In this document: positions 40,473 through 53,704 of the stretch, one piece after another | Layout: each line of letters opens with the position of its first letter | Position numbering within the stretch: the stretch's first letter is position 1 | NCBI RefSeq assembly: GCF_018350175.1 | Contig: NC_058368.1 | Location: 11,160,001-11,224,000 of the forward strand | Length of the DNA: 64,000 nucleotides | Origin: Felis catus | Lineage: Eukaryota | Reading direction: 5' to 3' | Made by a program: the position numbers and the translations under genes | Notes under the pieces: generated by a model | What the model saw: only the letters and a program-made list of their open reading frames with translations | Told to the model about the DNA's origin: nothing | Database searches by the model: none

Positions 40473-40804
40473 TAAACAGCGCCCCCAATCTTATAAAGTG
40501 AACACTGATTAAGGAGAAAAACCTGTCAACGTCTATGTAGATCTCCAAACTCCTCATCATCGGATCAGGCTACCAACTTCCTTGGTTCTCCCAAGAATGG
40601 ATGTATGTTTCCCTTTAACTGGTAACGTATGTTTCCTTTGATTTATTTGTGGTTTATGTAGCTTTAGGGTTTTTTCCCTTTAAATTAAAAAAATAATTGT
40701 GAAGCATTTCACCCAGAAAAAAGAATAAAAATATCATCACAGACACCTATCCATCCACTCTCAAAACAGATGCTAACAGTGTAAGAAATTAAAACTTTCA
40801 TATA

Positions 40805-41067
40805 TAGATCTTCCTTGACTTACGATGCAGGTACATCTCAATAAACCTGCCATAAGTTGAAAATATCGTAAGTCAAACGTGCATTTGATACATGGAACCT
40901 ACTGAACATCCAAGCTTAGCCTAGCCCACCTTAAATGTGCTCAGAACATTGGCATCGGCCTATGGTTGAGCAAAATCATCTGTTGCAAAGCCTATTTTAT
41001 AAGAGTGTTGAATAGCTCATGTCATTGATTGAATACTGTACTGAGAGTGATAAACAGAATGGTTGTA
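40805..41067 (+). mobile_element. MER47A-like TcMar-Tigger DNA transposon, 3' arm missing
   Basis: gacttacgatg...taagttgaaaatatcgtaagtc...gcttagcctagcccaccttaaatgtgctcagaaca...aaacagaatggttgta matches the MER47A consensus as recalled. Confidence 0.8.
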
Positions 41068-41069
41068 AT

Positions 41070-41260
41070 TAATTTTTTTAATGTTTATTTATTTTTGAGA
41101 GAGAGACAGAGTGCGAGCAGGGAAAAGGGGCAGAGAGAAAAGGAGACACAGGATCTGAAGCGGGCTCCAGGATCTGAGCTGTCAGCACAGAGCCCAACGT
41201 GGGGCTCAAACTCATGAACCGAAGTCGGACGCCTAAGCGACTGAGCCACCCAGGCGCCCC
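41070..41260 (-). mobile_element. CAN-SINE
   Basis: Antisense structure with a short internal deletion. Confidence 0.93.
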
Positions 41261-42289
41261 TCCACACTGGCCTTAGCGTTCAAGCTCCTAGCTTCCCAAG
41301 ATCAACCGCTGCTCCCCTTGATCCTTTCTCTTAGGCTCATGATAGCATTACTTCCTATGCACAAAGGTTTTCAGTTCCTGGACATTTCAGGACCCCTGCG
41401 GCTTCCCCTCTTTCCTACACACTTAGCTATGCCTGTTAAAAATTGTGTACTGTATTGTAGCCTGCATATCTGGGTAATTTTGACAAGAATCCTTTCAGGT
41501 TATATTCTCTACAAAGCCACAGAAACTAAAAGTTCTGACTTTATTTTTATAGACCGGTCATTTTCCTGTCTTTGTGAATGTTCTGATGGGACTATGCATA
41601 AGACCATGTTTGGTATGAGTGCGTGTTAGGACCCCTGTCTATAGTCGTGAGTCTCCCAGGCCTCAATCTGCCCAGTTACATAACCTTCTAACTATAAGAT
41701 TCTGTAATTGTTAAGAACTGTAACAAGAGACGCCAAGTATTTAGGACTCCGACAAAAGAGGTTTTATAAAAATATTAACTCAATGAGAGCATAATATTGC
41801 ATAACCATTTTTAGAGAAATTGTATTATGAAACAACATGCATTGCTTCTTATGTTAAGAATACTTCCCAGAGTGACCGTAGTTATTTTCTAAAGGAAGAC
41901 ACATAGGACCGTAAAGTAAAATCTTTTAAGAAGTGAATATGTTGCTTTTTTAGCAAATGGCCTCAAAAGCTTACATTCTTTTCCTTAATAAGGGCTATTC
42001 TGTATTTCCTTCTTAACAAAGCTTCCTTTGCCCACTCAGTCAAGACCACTGCCAAGTTTTTCATTATGGGAAACTTACTTTATAGGCTACTTTCAGGGAG
42101 ATGAATCCTGACCACTTCGTGAAAGGAGGGAACTAGAAATCCTAGTTAAGTCAAGTTTCACCTGAAACGTTTGGTTCCGACAGTCATTTTTCCTTTTAGA
42201 AGATGTGGCATGGGACTCTGACTCCTGGCCCAGGTTCCACCTATGCGTTCTCTTGCCTCCAGTGCTTTGCTAGGATCTGCTTGTTGTTT

Positions 42290-42600
42290 GCTTAAAGGCC
42301 GGTAAACATAAGGAGTACAGCAGGCTTTTGGCCAAGCTGAGAACGAACACTGAGTAATTTACAATTCTCGCTGATTAAATGTGTCATTGTGAAACTGGCA
42401 GAGGTAGCCTGTCCTTGGAACTCCCGCGCCCGGAACTGCACACCGGGGCAGTCACAGTTGTCAGCGTAAGCCTCCCCCCGGGAGTTGCGTAATGTGTGAT
42501 GTGCACGTACCGCAGGCGATGCCTCTGCCGAACTCCCTGTGGCTAACGCTAAGGTTTGCACGGAGTTTCGAACCCTGACTGCGACTTCGTTCATTTTAAA
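42290..42600. promoter_or_regulatory. CpG-retaining patch, candidate enhancer
   Basis: Local CpG cluster in AT-rich surroundings. GTAAACA (FOX-like) at 42302, TTGCGTAAT (C/EBP-like) at 42485, CACGTA (HRE-like) at 42504. Confidence 0.4.
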
Positions 42601-43917
42601 AATGTAACTGGATATTTGTATTTCCCCAATATAAACTGCTTTGAAATACATCTTGTACCGTTTGGGGGGATACACATAAGCTTGGGAAAACTGATGATGG
42701 AAAATAAAGAGCCTGTTTGAAAGGAAGTCTGGTGGCATAACCCAAATGATTCTGGAAGTTTTCAGGAAACCTTGAGGTTGGAAGTTTGTCAATCCCGAGA
42801 CCGTGATGGGAAAGGACAGCCTTCAAGGTCTCTTGTCAAGCAGGAGATAGCTTCCTTTTTTGGAGTCCAAGTAAAGAGTTGAGCTAATATCCGAACCAAA
42901 CAATAGGATGCCGGTTCTGCCTCAAGATGCCATCATATGATGTAGGGCAAGACACAGAGCCTGTGCTCCATAGTTTTCTTTATCTGGAGCTCTGTGGAGA
43001 CTGGATGTGGTAACCTAGTGAGTTCTTTTCCATCTCTAAAGAGACTGCACACAGCAGATGACGTTCCAAGTATAGCCGATATTAACTTTGTTTCTGTTAG
43101 TACTGGTACAAAAGTCTGACAAATATTTGCCTTCCTGGTTTTCATGGACACACCAATTTCACCTTATTAGCTTCCGCTGGGTATTGAGTAACCTGCTCCT
43201 CTGTTCACTGGAAGCCACTTTGTTTCCTCGGTATTAATTCCTTCATGTCTTTCCTGACATGAATATTCATGTCAGTAAAATTAATGTTTAACACTAAAAA
43301 ACAAACTTTTTAATGCTGCTGATCTAGTTTAACTATTACTGATGTTTTAACCTTCCACCCCAGGCCACTGACCTGTTTCTAGGTCCTACTATTCATTCAT
43401 GCATTCATTCAACAAACATTAAGCATCTTTGATGTTCTAAGCCCCACACAAGGCTGGGACGGAAGTTGCAAAGTAAGGACAAGAAGATAGTCCCTAGTAA
43501 TAATCACAACATGTAAGCATTACTCCAGTAGAGGTCAAGAGGGTGTCATGGACCATGCAGGAGACAGATCTGTTTATTATGTCCCTAAAACAGAATCTCA
43601 AACCTCCTGACCCTTAAATTTACCATTAGCCAATAAACCATATTCTGACATAATTCTTCACTTGTTTCTGTATTATTGAATAATTTCATTCTTTTTTTAT
43701 ATTCTAGTTAGTCACTGATATGTACTCACTACTTTGCTTCCTCCATCTATTTTCTTCAAAAAAAAATGTTACTTTTCTCTTTTCTCAAATGGATATCATG
43801 ATTAAATTAAGAAGTCAGCTATATTTGGAAACTACTACACAAAGAAAAGTCACTCTTTCAGACATTATACTTACTAGTAAAGACATAATAAGAGTTATAG
43901 ATAAAAATATTATAGTT

Positions 43918-44105
43918 GGGGCACCTGGGTGGCTCAGTCAGTTAAGAGTCCAACTCTTGATTTCGGTTCAGGTGATGATCTCATGGTTGGTGAGTTTGAG
44001 CCCCATGTCAGGATCTGCACTGGCAGCGTGGACCCTGCTTGGGGTCCTCTCTCTCCCTGCCCCTCCTCTGCTCATGCTCACTCTCTCATATAAATAAATA
44101 TTTTA
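43918..44105 (+). mobile_element. CAN-SINE
   Basis: Full structure. Confidence 0.93.
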
Positions 44106-44689
44106 AAAATATTTAATAGTCAACCGATTATATTTAGAGTTGGTTTACTCAAATATATTTATGTTCTTAATGACTTACTCTAGAAGTATTTGGATGCCTA
44201 GTTATTGGGGATAATCTGAAGATGTGAGATTTGCTTAGAGTATTGGTAGAAGTCAAGGTTGTGAGTTTTTTAAGAGGAAAAGCAGAAAAATATAGATGGA
44301 GTTATGTACATAATGACAAGTAATGCCATATTTTTATGAAAAGAAGATAATCCCTTTGCCTACATAGTCAAAATAGGGAAGCACTTAAATTTGATCAAAC
44401 CAACATCTATGATGAAAGGAGTAATTGAAGGTTAACACGTTTATTGACAGTTAAGCATCGCATAGAATTAGTTAGATTCCATCAGCTTAACCATAGTAAA
44501 AGTGAGAAAGAATTTTTAGAAAACATGGTTCCTGTAATGGAAGTCATATAGAAATATGGAATATACAAACTGAAGACAATAATAGAATCATACACTTGAA
44601 GGAGTAATGCAATAAAACCCATGCATCAGAAGGAAGGTGAGAAACCCTCACTGTGTTTTATTCCAATTCAAGAGCACCTTCCATAATAC

Positions 44690-46650
44690 CCCTGTTAGAT
44701 CTGTTGGATTGTTAAATGATTCTTTGAACTTTTCTGGACACTTTCAGAAACAGGGAGCTTCCTACAGTGAAATCAGTCCATTCCATTAGTGAGCAACTCT
44801 AATTCCTAGAAGCTTTTCCTCACACTAGAACCAAATTCACCCACTTGTACCATCTACCTAGTTCTGTGCTCCAAAGACACATGAAGTCCAGTCTTTCTCC
44901 CTTGTGACAGCACTTTTCTCATACTGAAAATGGCCATGGTCCTTCTGAGTTCCTCTTCGTAACCTAAGTATCTTCCGATTTCAAATTATTCTCTGTTGGA
45001 GCTTATTTTTATACTTTTCAGTATCCTGGGCTTCCGTTTGTGAAGATTCCCTGTAAAATATGGTGGTAACACCTCCAGTTGTTGTCTGAGCACTGCCAAC
45101 ATGAGAGATGGACTCTTTATTCATCCAGCTCAAGATTAGATTTCCTTTTGAAAGGTAGTCCTATCATGTTATTGCTTATAAAAAGAGTTTAGTACTGTCA
45201 TTCTCAATCTTCTGAGCTTCTATTCCTGGTTTGGTGTGTTTAGTTTTTAATTCAGAAACACTAATTGAGCACCATGCTATTTCGGGCAGTGTTGGGCCCT
45301 GAGGACAAAAGATGAGTAAGACTCTAACTGGAGGACTTTATGATATTCTAGTGGGAGTGACAGACATAAAAAATAATTACAATATGACATGTGATACATA
45401 TGTGAATTCAGTGCTCTAAGAACATAGGAAAGAGAATTTACTGCCTGGGGAAACTGGTAAAGGCTAATCATTCATTCATTCAATCAATAAATGTTTAATG
45501 AGAACCTTCTATGTCCAAGACATGTAATATTCATTTGTAGATTCAGAATCCTGTTAAGTAAGATATCTGGGCTATATATTTCTAGGTTATCTATGAAAGG
45601 TTAATGTACTTTTTGTGAACTTCCTGGCTACATTCTTTTGAGTTTTTTTAATCCAGTAATACGGGAAGAGGTCAATGTAGTAAATAACTATTGGTTCCTA
45701 AATGATCACTACTTTCCTCTTAAGGACTTAAAAACTGGGACACCTGGGTGGATCAGTCAGTTAAGCGTCCACCTTCGGTTCAGGTCATGATCTCACAGTT
45801 CGTGGGTTCAAGCCCTGAGCTGGCTCTGTGCTTGACAGCTCAGAGCCTGCTTCGGATTCTGTGTCCCCCTCTCCCATTCATGCTCTCACTCTCTCTCTCT
45901 CTCTCTCAAAAATAAATAAACATTTTTAAGAAGTACTTAAGAACTACTTGTTTTATAATTTTCTCTGGAATTTGGACATAAAATAAAATCCATGTCATAG
46001 TTTTGCAGTTTCTAAACTTTGCTTTTCCTCTTTCTTTGCAATTTACCGCTTCTTCCCTTTGTCATTCTTTCTCTAAAACTCGTAATAGCAGTTTTGGGAT
46101 CACATCCACGGTCTTTTCAGGGTGCTCACATATGATTTATTTGGGTCTGAAGGCTTGAACTCAGCGCGTCTGGGTGTTCTCTTATTATCTCTTACTGACA
46201 CCAGGCTTTTATTCCCTTGAACTCATGTCTTGAAAATTAGGCTCACTCATTGAGAGGACAGACACAAAATACTTGTGAGGAATTCAGTACTCTGACCGCA
46301 GTCCTGAATCCCTCCCTCCTTCATTCAGGGGATATTTATGAGTGCGAGCTGCATTCCAGATGCTAAGGTACGTCCACTGTGGATGTACCTCAAAGCCAAC
46401 ATCCTTAGCTCAACGGACAAATTGTTCCCTTGTGCTCTTCTTAACTCTGGTTCATTCTGGGTTTCTCGACTTCCTGACAGAATGCACAGATGTGTGCCTC
46501 TCTGGTGTTACTTCTTCATCAAGCCTTTGTGTATCTGCTTCCAAAATTCTTGTTCCCAGGAGAGGCTGCTTTGCCACCACATGAATATCCTTATAAGTCT
46601 CTCTTTTTATTTCTCATGAGGATCATTTGGGGCATGGGTTCAGAATATTT
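44690..46650 (-). mobile_element. L3/CR1 fragments, interrupted by an L2 piece and a SINE
   Basis: gggagcttcctac...cagtccattccattagtgagcaactctaattcctagaagcttttcct resembles antisense L3. Confidence 0.6.
45738..45925 (+). mobile_element. CAN-SINE
   Basis: Degenerate flanking repeat aag(g/t)acttaa(a/g)aact. Confidence 0.92.
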
Positions 46651-46929
46651 TGTTTTTTAAGCTGTATTCCCTTTAAATTCCTGGGATGGGGGGGTGGGGT
46701 GGGCGGTGGTGTTCATCTTTTCTTTGAAATAGTGAAGGTTAAGACAAGAATATAGATCAGCTTCAGGCAAATAATTGGGGAGAAGTATTACAAGGTTAAT
46801 GTGAAAAAGATCAGGCGATGATCTGGTAACGGCACTTGGTTGCAGGTAGTCTCTATATGACAAGGAGCTGTTAGTGACCTCAACCTTGGTAGGTCCCTAT
46901 CATAAATATGCTTGATGTTTTGCTTTTGT

Positions 46930-47540
46930 TCTTATTTTTTCTACATGGATTATTTAATATAAAATGTATCACATGATATAAAGCACAAAATATATCAAAA
47001 CTCTACAGTGCACAGCCTCCCTTCCATAGTTCTCATCTATCCAGTTCTACCTCCTTTACCCTTTTACGTTTTCCCCATTATTGGTTTCTTTATACATATA
47101 CAAATAAATATGGATTACTGTACCTCTCTCTTACACAAAAAGTAGCATATTATAAAGATGGTTTTGTAAATTGCTTTTTTTACACTTAATGTATCTTAGA
47201 GATTTTTCCAAATCACTATTTGTGGAAGTCTTTGCTGTTGCTCAAAAGTGTATGTATTCCATTGATATATGTACTACTATTTACTTACCCACTCCCCTAT
47301 CGATAGACATTTATATTGTTTCCAACACTCTGCCATGACAAACCCTGCTGAGGGAATAGCCAAATGCCAGCCAGTGTATCCGCAGAAGCAATTTCCAAAA
47401 GTGGAATCACATGTAATTGTAGTTTGGCTAGAAGCTGCCATATTAACCTCTACTAGGATTTGCATCAATTTACATTCCGCTAGCAACATATGACAGGACC
47501 TATTTTGCCATAATCTCACCAACAGAATGTGTTGTGTAAC
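46930..47540 (-). mobile_element. Old L1 (L1ME-like) 3' fragment
   Basis: tatttacttacccactcccctatcgatagacatttatattgtttcca...caatttacattcc. Confidence 0.65.
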
Positions 47541-48080
47541 TTAATTCATTTATTGTTAGAACTTACCATGTACACATATTATACTCCCCCAATCTTTAAA
47601 ATTTCTCCGATGCCCATAGCTGTGACATTTTTTCATACTCTAGTAGGGAGCACAGCACTGCTTACCTCATTTTCCCTACTTTCAGAGCATGAAATGCCCC
47701 TCCTCGTGTTCTAGGCCTCAACCTCATCCCCCCAGATCAATCAGGAACTGGCTCCCCGATCATCCTTTTGCTCTTCTGAATCTTCTGCATGTCACTTTCT
47801 ATTTCTTCCTCTATGCCCATGCACGAACTCCCACTATCGCTATTAAAAATAAATGGGAAAAACCCTCATTGGACCCCATGGTTTCCTGTAGCAGAAATTT
47901 TTAGGGTTATGTCACCTCATCTAGGAAGTGTTTATTAATACCAACACGCCATACCCCCATTCCTGCCCCACATAGGTTGAGATGGGGTGTCCCTCCCCTG
48001 CTCCCCTGTGACTCCCTGAGGTTATCTCTATCACTACACTTACCATATCACCCGAACCACATATGTAATTGAAAAAATTT

Positions 48081-48248
48081 GGGGGCTCCTGGATGGCTCA
48101 GTTGGTAAAGCATCCGACTTCGGCTCAAGTCACGATCTCACAGTTTGTGAGTTCGAGCCCCGCATCGTGCTCTGTGCTGACAGCTCAGAGCCTGGAGCCT
48201 GCTTCGGATTCTGTGTCTCCCTCTCTCTCTGCTCCTCCCCTGCTTGCA

Positions 48249-48279
<31 letters not shown>

Positions 48280-48305
48280 AAAAACAAATAAATAATTAAA
48301 AATTT
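48081..48305 (+). mobile_element. CAN-SINE
   Basis: Full structure. Confidence 0.95.
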
Positions 48306-48314
48306 TTTTAAATG

Positions 48315-48499
48315 AACAATTTTAATAGCCACAATAAAGGCAAGTTGTTTTTAATAATATTTTTTATTTACTCAAACATATCCAGTATGTTACCATTTTA
48401 ACATGTCATCAATATAAAAATGATTATTGAGATATTTTATATTCTTTTTCAAAATATTGATTTAGTTATTTTTGAGAGAGAGAGTACAAGCGGGGAAGG

Positions 48500-48557
<58 letters not shown>

Positions 48558-48810
48558 CCCAAGCAGGCTCCTCACTGTCAGCACAGAGCCTGAAGCTGGC
48601 CTTGTTTTTACGAACCGTGAGATCATGACCAGAGCCAAAATCAAGAGTGAGACGCTTAACCAATGGAGCCACCCACATGCCCTGAGAAACTTTATATTCT
48701 CTTTTTTTGTGTGTGCTAAGTCTTTGAAATCTGATGCATGTATTCTACAGCACAACTCGAGTGCTCAATAACCACGTAGGTCTAGTGGCTACCATATTGG
48801 ACATCACAGG
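48315..48810. mobile_element. MER33-like hAT-Charlie DNA transposon interrupted by a SINE
   Basis: ttttaacatgtcatcaatataaaaatgattattgagatattt...gtgctcaataaccacgtaggtctagtggctaccatattggaca. Confidence 0.7.
48462..48682 (-). mobile_element. CAN-SINE with expanded (GA)n
   Basis: Antisense structure. Confidence 0.93.
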
Positions 48811-49979
48811 TTTAGGCTATAACCCAGTGAGGACATAAGCCATGTTTTGTGTCCCTGGAACAAAACCCAGTGCCTAGCATGTGGTAGACACTCATTAAAT
48901 GTGGAAGTAGATGAGTGGAAAGGAACAATCCGCAAGACACCATGCATATGTAATAAGGATCCTCTTCATTAAGGTGTTTTTGCCTTTTGCATTTCCTTAT
49001 GTTCAACTTTTCCCTATTCTTCAAGCGCATGTTTATTTCTAGAAGGTTAGGTTTGCTGCAGCAAAAATACAAAGTGCAAGAAGGAATCAGCATTTAGCTA
49101 TCTGGTATCCAAAGCCATGCCCTTTCTTTCTTTCTTTTTAAAGAAAGAAAAGGGATGTTTTATATTTCTTTTTTTTTTAGCTATCATTTATATATGAAAA
49201 TTTAGACCTTACAGACTATCAAACCTACTAAAATCTGTTTATAACTCAACATGTCCAAGAAAACTCTTGCTATCTACCTGTCCTCAGTAGAAATAAAAGG
49301 AATGTTTTATGTAGTACATGCAACTACGTACAATATATTTAAGATATGATAAGAAATTAGCAAAAGAAATATCACTGTGAAATGGAACCGAGACCTGGTT
49401 ATGTCGTGTTTAGATAAAAGATACTATGCCGCAGGGTAAAGAACAAAGATCATCCTTTTTTAAAAAGTAAATTTAGGAATAATAGAATGCACTAATCCTG
49501 TTCTGCGTTTTGGCCCGTCTCCACAAAACATTCTTTAAGAGGTAGATTCTTTCTTCACCTTTGACCTCATTCAAAATGTTCTAACACTGAAACAATGTTG
49601 CAAGATAACAAACATAGAAGAATGCCCGGGGAAGAGGAGTAGGGCTCAAGAGTTACTGAGCCGAGACAAAGGGCTGATTTGTTGCTCTTTCAGTTACTAG
49701 AAAAGATCATTAGGGCCAGGTGAGATGCACGTGGGTAAAGAGGGCACCTGAACAAACAGGTATTGAATTGAGAGAATGCCTTCAAGTCACTTCTGGGCTA
49801 CGTTCCGAGGCCGACTCAGAAGTTACCTGCCCTGCCAGCTACCTACTAATCTATCTCCCTGGGAAGGGAACGTTTTCTCCATGACTGCATGAGGTGTCTT
49901 TTGAAAGCTCCAAGTCTGATTTTTTTTTTTTCTGTACACTAATTGCTACATTACCAAGTGTTGAATAATTAAGCAAGTA

Positions 49980-50189
49980 ATTTTTTAAAGTGTTTGTTTA
50001 TTTATTTTGAGAGAGAGGGAGCATGAGCGAGTGGGGGAGGGGCAGAGAGAGGGAGAGAGAGACTCCCCAGCAGGTTCTACCCTGCCAGCGCGCAGCCCCG
50101 TGAGGGGCTCAGTCTCACAAACCATGAGATCATGACCTAAGCCGGAATCAAGAGTCGGATGTTAACCAACTGAGGCACACAGGCGGCCC
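49980..50189 (-). mobile_element. CAN-SINE
   Basis: Flanking repeat aa(g/a)caagtaa. Confidence 0.93.
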
Positions 50190-50559
50190 TAAACAAGTAA
50201 CTTTTGATGGTGGAGTGGATTTAGTGTTCCCGGACACTATCCTAATGGTCCCAAGTGAAGGAAAGACCTCACAGGTATCTCAGTGTACCTACAGCTAAGA
50301 AATTGATGTCAGCCTCTAGATTCAGGTTGATAGTTCCTGGCAGGGGGAGAATGCAAATTCAGACGAATTAGGAGATGTCATTTGAGATGTCATCTGCAAA
50401 ATAAGAAACTGAACACTTCATTAAAATTTTTGGTTTTCTCTTAGCCTTCCAATCATAAATGTAAAAGAGAGATGCTTGGTATAGCGTGGAATACCACTGA
50501 GGCTTTTTTTGCCTTCCCATATAATCTTAGTATTTTGTATCTCTGGGATATATAAAATA

Positions 50560-50900
50560 AGCTGAGTGCCGTATCCTCCATGACTTTACCCCAGGCATTT
50601 AACAGAATGTCAGCTTTCCACGTACGGTCCTTCCAGTCGCACGTTCTTTGCACCTACTCCGTGGCAAGATGAGTTCACCTTCTTCCTACGTGTGCTCTTT
50701 CCTCTAATGAACCTTCCATGATCCCATTCAAACAGCTGTGTTCTGTATATTCTATCCCTATCAAAATGCCCTCCGTAAATGACCTGAAACTTTTACATAA
50801 AACCAATAGAGCAAAGTCTCTTCAAAGACTTGAACAGTTGAGGCTTCCGTATGTGTGTCTATTTCCAACACGACAAGGTGTTTTACTGTCTGTCCTTTTC
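50560..50900 (-). mobile_element. Ancient RTE-clade LINE remnant (C-terminal ORF region)
   Basis: Frameshifted translation YGGHFDRDR...LNGIMEGSLEERAHVGRR...KDRTWKA resembles the RTE C-terminal pattern GH..R...IMEG...RGR..W. Confidence 0.45.
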
Positions 50901-51762
50901 ATAGCATAAGGAGGATGAATTAACTCGGGAGGAAGAATTAAGATTTGTCAAGAATAACTGTCTGCTCTACAAATAAAAATAGGATGGGATTTTTTGGAGG
51001 GTCCAGTAAAGGCTGGACCCTCTTACTGATGAGCTGTCCGAAAGGAAGGGAACTAATCTTTTGATTTGGGTGGAGAGTGGGGTGGAAATAAATGCAGAGC
51101 AGCACGGGTAGTTCCCTTGGATGGGAAGGGAACAGAGTTGCAGGTTCTGGGAGAGGTGGGTGCCCCAGGCCGTGCATGAATCCATCCCATGAGGCAGGGC
51201 CTCAGAGGAATCGGGCCCCTAAAGACAGGCACTAGCACTTAGACCTCAGGAGTCTGAGCAAGCGAGATGAGGGAAAGGGGGTGGAATCCCTGTGGGGAAC
51301 TTCCCTTCCAAATTTCCCACCTTTGAGGCAGAAAGGGAAGCAGGAGAGACTTGACCTCCACATGGAAGAGCGATGTCAGACAGCACAGGGGCTTCCAGCC
51401 CCCCAGCAGCATGTGGGGGGCAACAGTGGCGTCATAAGGCATACTGGGAATTGTTCACTTTACAATGGGTTATTTTATGTATGTGAATTTCACTTCCCCT
51501 TCAAAAAAAAAAAATGTTTAATGGTGAGGACTTAACCCTTCTCAGGAACTGGAAGTCTGGCAAACCTCTTGTGGGAGCTGTCAGAGCCTCGGGGAATTCT
51601 CAGATGATCCTCAGGAAGAGGAGGGAACACCAGAGACCAATTAGTAACAGTGGGAACAAGCTGGTGTGGGCTCTGATTTAATTGGAGAAAATAAAGAAGT
51701 GTGGTATCACTTGACCCTCAAGTGTTACGGAGCATTGCATATCTATTATCTTATAAACAATA

Positions 51763-51949
51763 TTTTTTTAATGTTTACTTATTTTGAGAGAGAGAGAGAG
51801 AGAGAGAGAGGGAGACACAGAATCTGAAGCAGGCTCCAGGCTCCGAGCTGTCAGCACAGAGCCCGACACGGGGCCCGAAGTCATGAACCGTGAGATCATG
51901 ACCTGAGCCAAAGTCGGACGCTTAACCGACTGAGCCATCCAAGCACCCC
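51763..51949 (-). mobile_element. CAN-SINE
   Basis: Flanking repeat tat(a/g)aacaatatt. Confidence 0.95.
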
Positions 51950-53704
51950 TCTCCTATGAACAATATTGATGGCTTTCCACTGCCTACAGAAACAGAAAAT
52001 CTAAAACTTTTTTAATGGCATTCCAGACTCTCTACATGAAGCTCCAAATCTTTTGTTGGAGTCTCATTTTCTGCCACCTTCCAGCCCCCCTGGTTCCATA
52101 GCTGTTCTTTGATGTGATTTCTGCTTGGATATCTCTCTGTCTTACTCCTGTGGTGATAACAGACAGAGGGCAGTTTGGGATTTTTAATGGGTTCCGTGTC
52201 AGAGCAAGAGCCTTTGAACAGTAGACCTGTTTGTTAATTGTCCATCTCTTACCTTTCTAGTCTCCCCCGCCACTCCCTTACCCTCAACCCCCCACCCCCA
52301 ACCTGGTATCTTCCTACACCACAAAAATATTTGAAATCTCAGTAAAAATAAATAAATAATAAATAAATAAAAATCTCATTTTTCATCTTATCTAACAATC
52401 ACTTTGCCATTTCTTTGCCTGGTATATTTATTCATTCACCCAGGAAATATTCAACACATATAGCAGATGCTGTGCTTGGTCCTGGGAATGCAAAGATAAG
52501 TAGGTCATGGACCCAGAAAAGCCCTGCAATTCCGAAGTAAACCAAAATAAACAGTTTCCCAAGAAAGAAGGCTCACCTCTACTTGTGAAAGTTATTTGAC
52601 TTTATGGGTGGCCTATCGCATCTCTTTAGAAGGGTGCCAGAGGTACATGTGACTTAAAGAGGGTTTGAAGACTTGTTTGCGTGTCTCTCCTTGATACAAC
52701 CTTTGTTCGCTTAGAATATTGAACAATTCTGTCAACCGCTGTGGTACCTTATGCCTCTTTAGTAAATACGATAGCTAAGAAGCCACATACTCTGAAACAG
52801 GATCACCCAGACATCCCCTTTTCCAGCCCATTGCATCTTTGACTCTGAAGCATGCAAAGCCTAAAACAGCATGTCATGGGAGAGATGGTTTGGCCAAAAT
52901 AGGATATTAAACAGCATATGGGTCATAACTTGAGAAAATCTGGATGTAGGCATGTGATCGTGGCATTTTTTTCTCTTCTGACATAGATACCAAAGGAAGA
53001 AAAACAATGCCTTGGACTGTATCCAATTAAAATAAAAACTCTGAGAGGGAAACAAAGGCCAAAACCTTGATTTTTCAGAGATTAAGTCTGGGTGGCAAAG
53101 GTGATGGTGTCCCTAAAGAAGAGAGGCAACGTCTGGGGAGGTGCTGAACCACTCCCAAATCAGTATGTCCAGGCATACATGAGTATTCTTTTCTTAGCTG
53201 GAGTATCTTAATAGATAATTTATTTTGAAAAATAATAATACAATGTGTCAGTTTAAATTCTGTAATTCCTATGCTGTGATTTCAATTCATTTCCCACGAC
53301 TTTTGCTCTTTTCTTACAGAGATCTTTAATATGCTTGTCACGAGAAGGAAATACTTTCTTCTAGGTTCATTACCTGGACAATGGTAAATAGATGATGTGG
53401 AAACTTACCTAACATGATAAAGTAAATTCTGGAATGTAAATTAACCTCCCTCTGTGGCATTCTGTTTGCAACTTAATTATTGCCTATTTAATACTGATTT
53501 TCCCAGCCCCTATAGCGTACGGGAAAGAATGTTGTAATCCCAGACTTAGCTCCAACCAAAAAAAATTTTCCGCATACCATATCATTTGGCGAAAAGTTTT
53601 GCCTTGAATTTTCTGCATCTGGGTTAGATTTTATGTATTAATGTTTCACCATTCCATAATATTCAGAATATTACTGGTTAATGGAAATTAGGGTAAATTA
53701 GAGA

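Noticed and set aside
52894..52903. Second consensus CArG, CCAAAATAGG
   Set aside because: Isolated, with no CpG or promoter context; such matches are expected by chance in a window this size.
52860..53510. Possible minus-strand exon remnants (e.g. KVFPSRDKHIKDL)
   Set aside because: The frames contain stops and I could not build a consistent splice chain or recognise a homologue.
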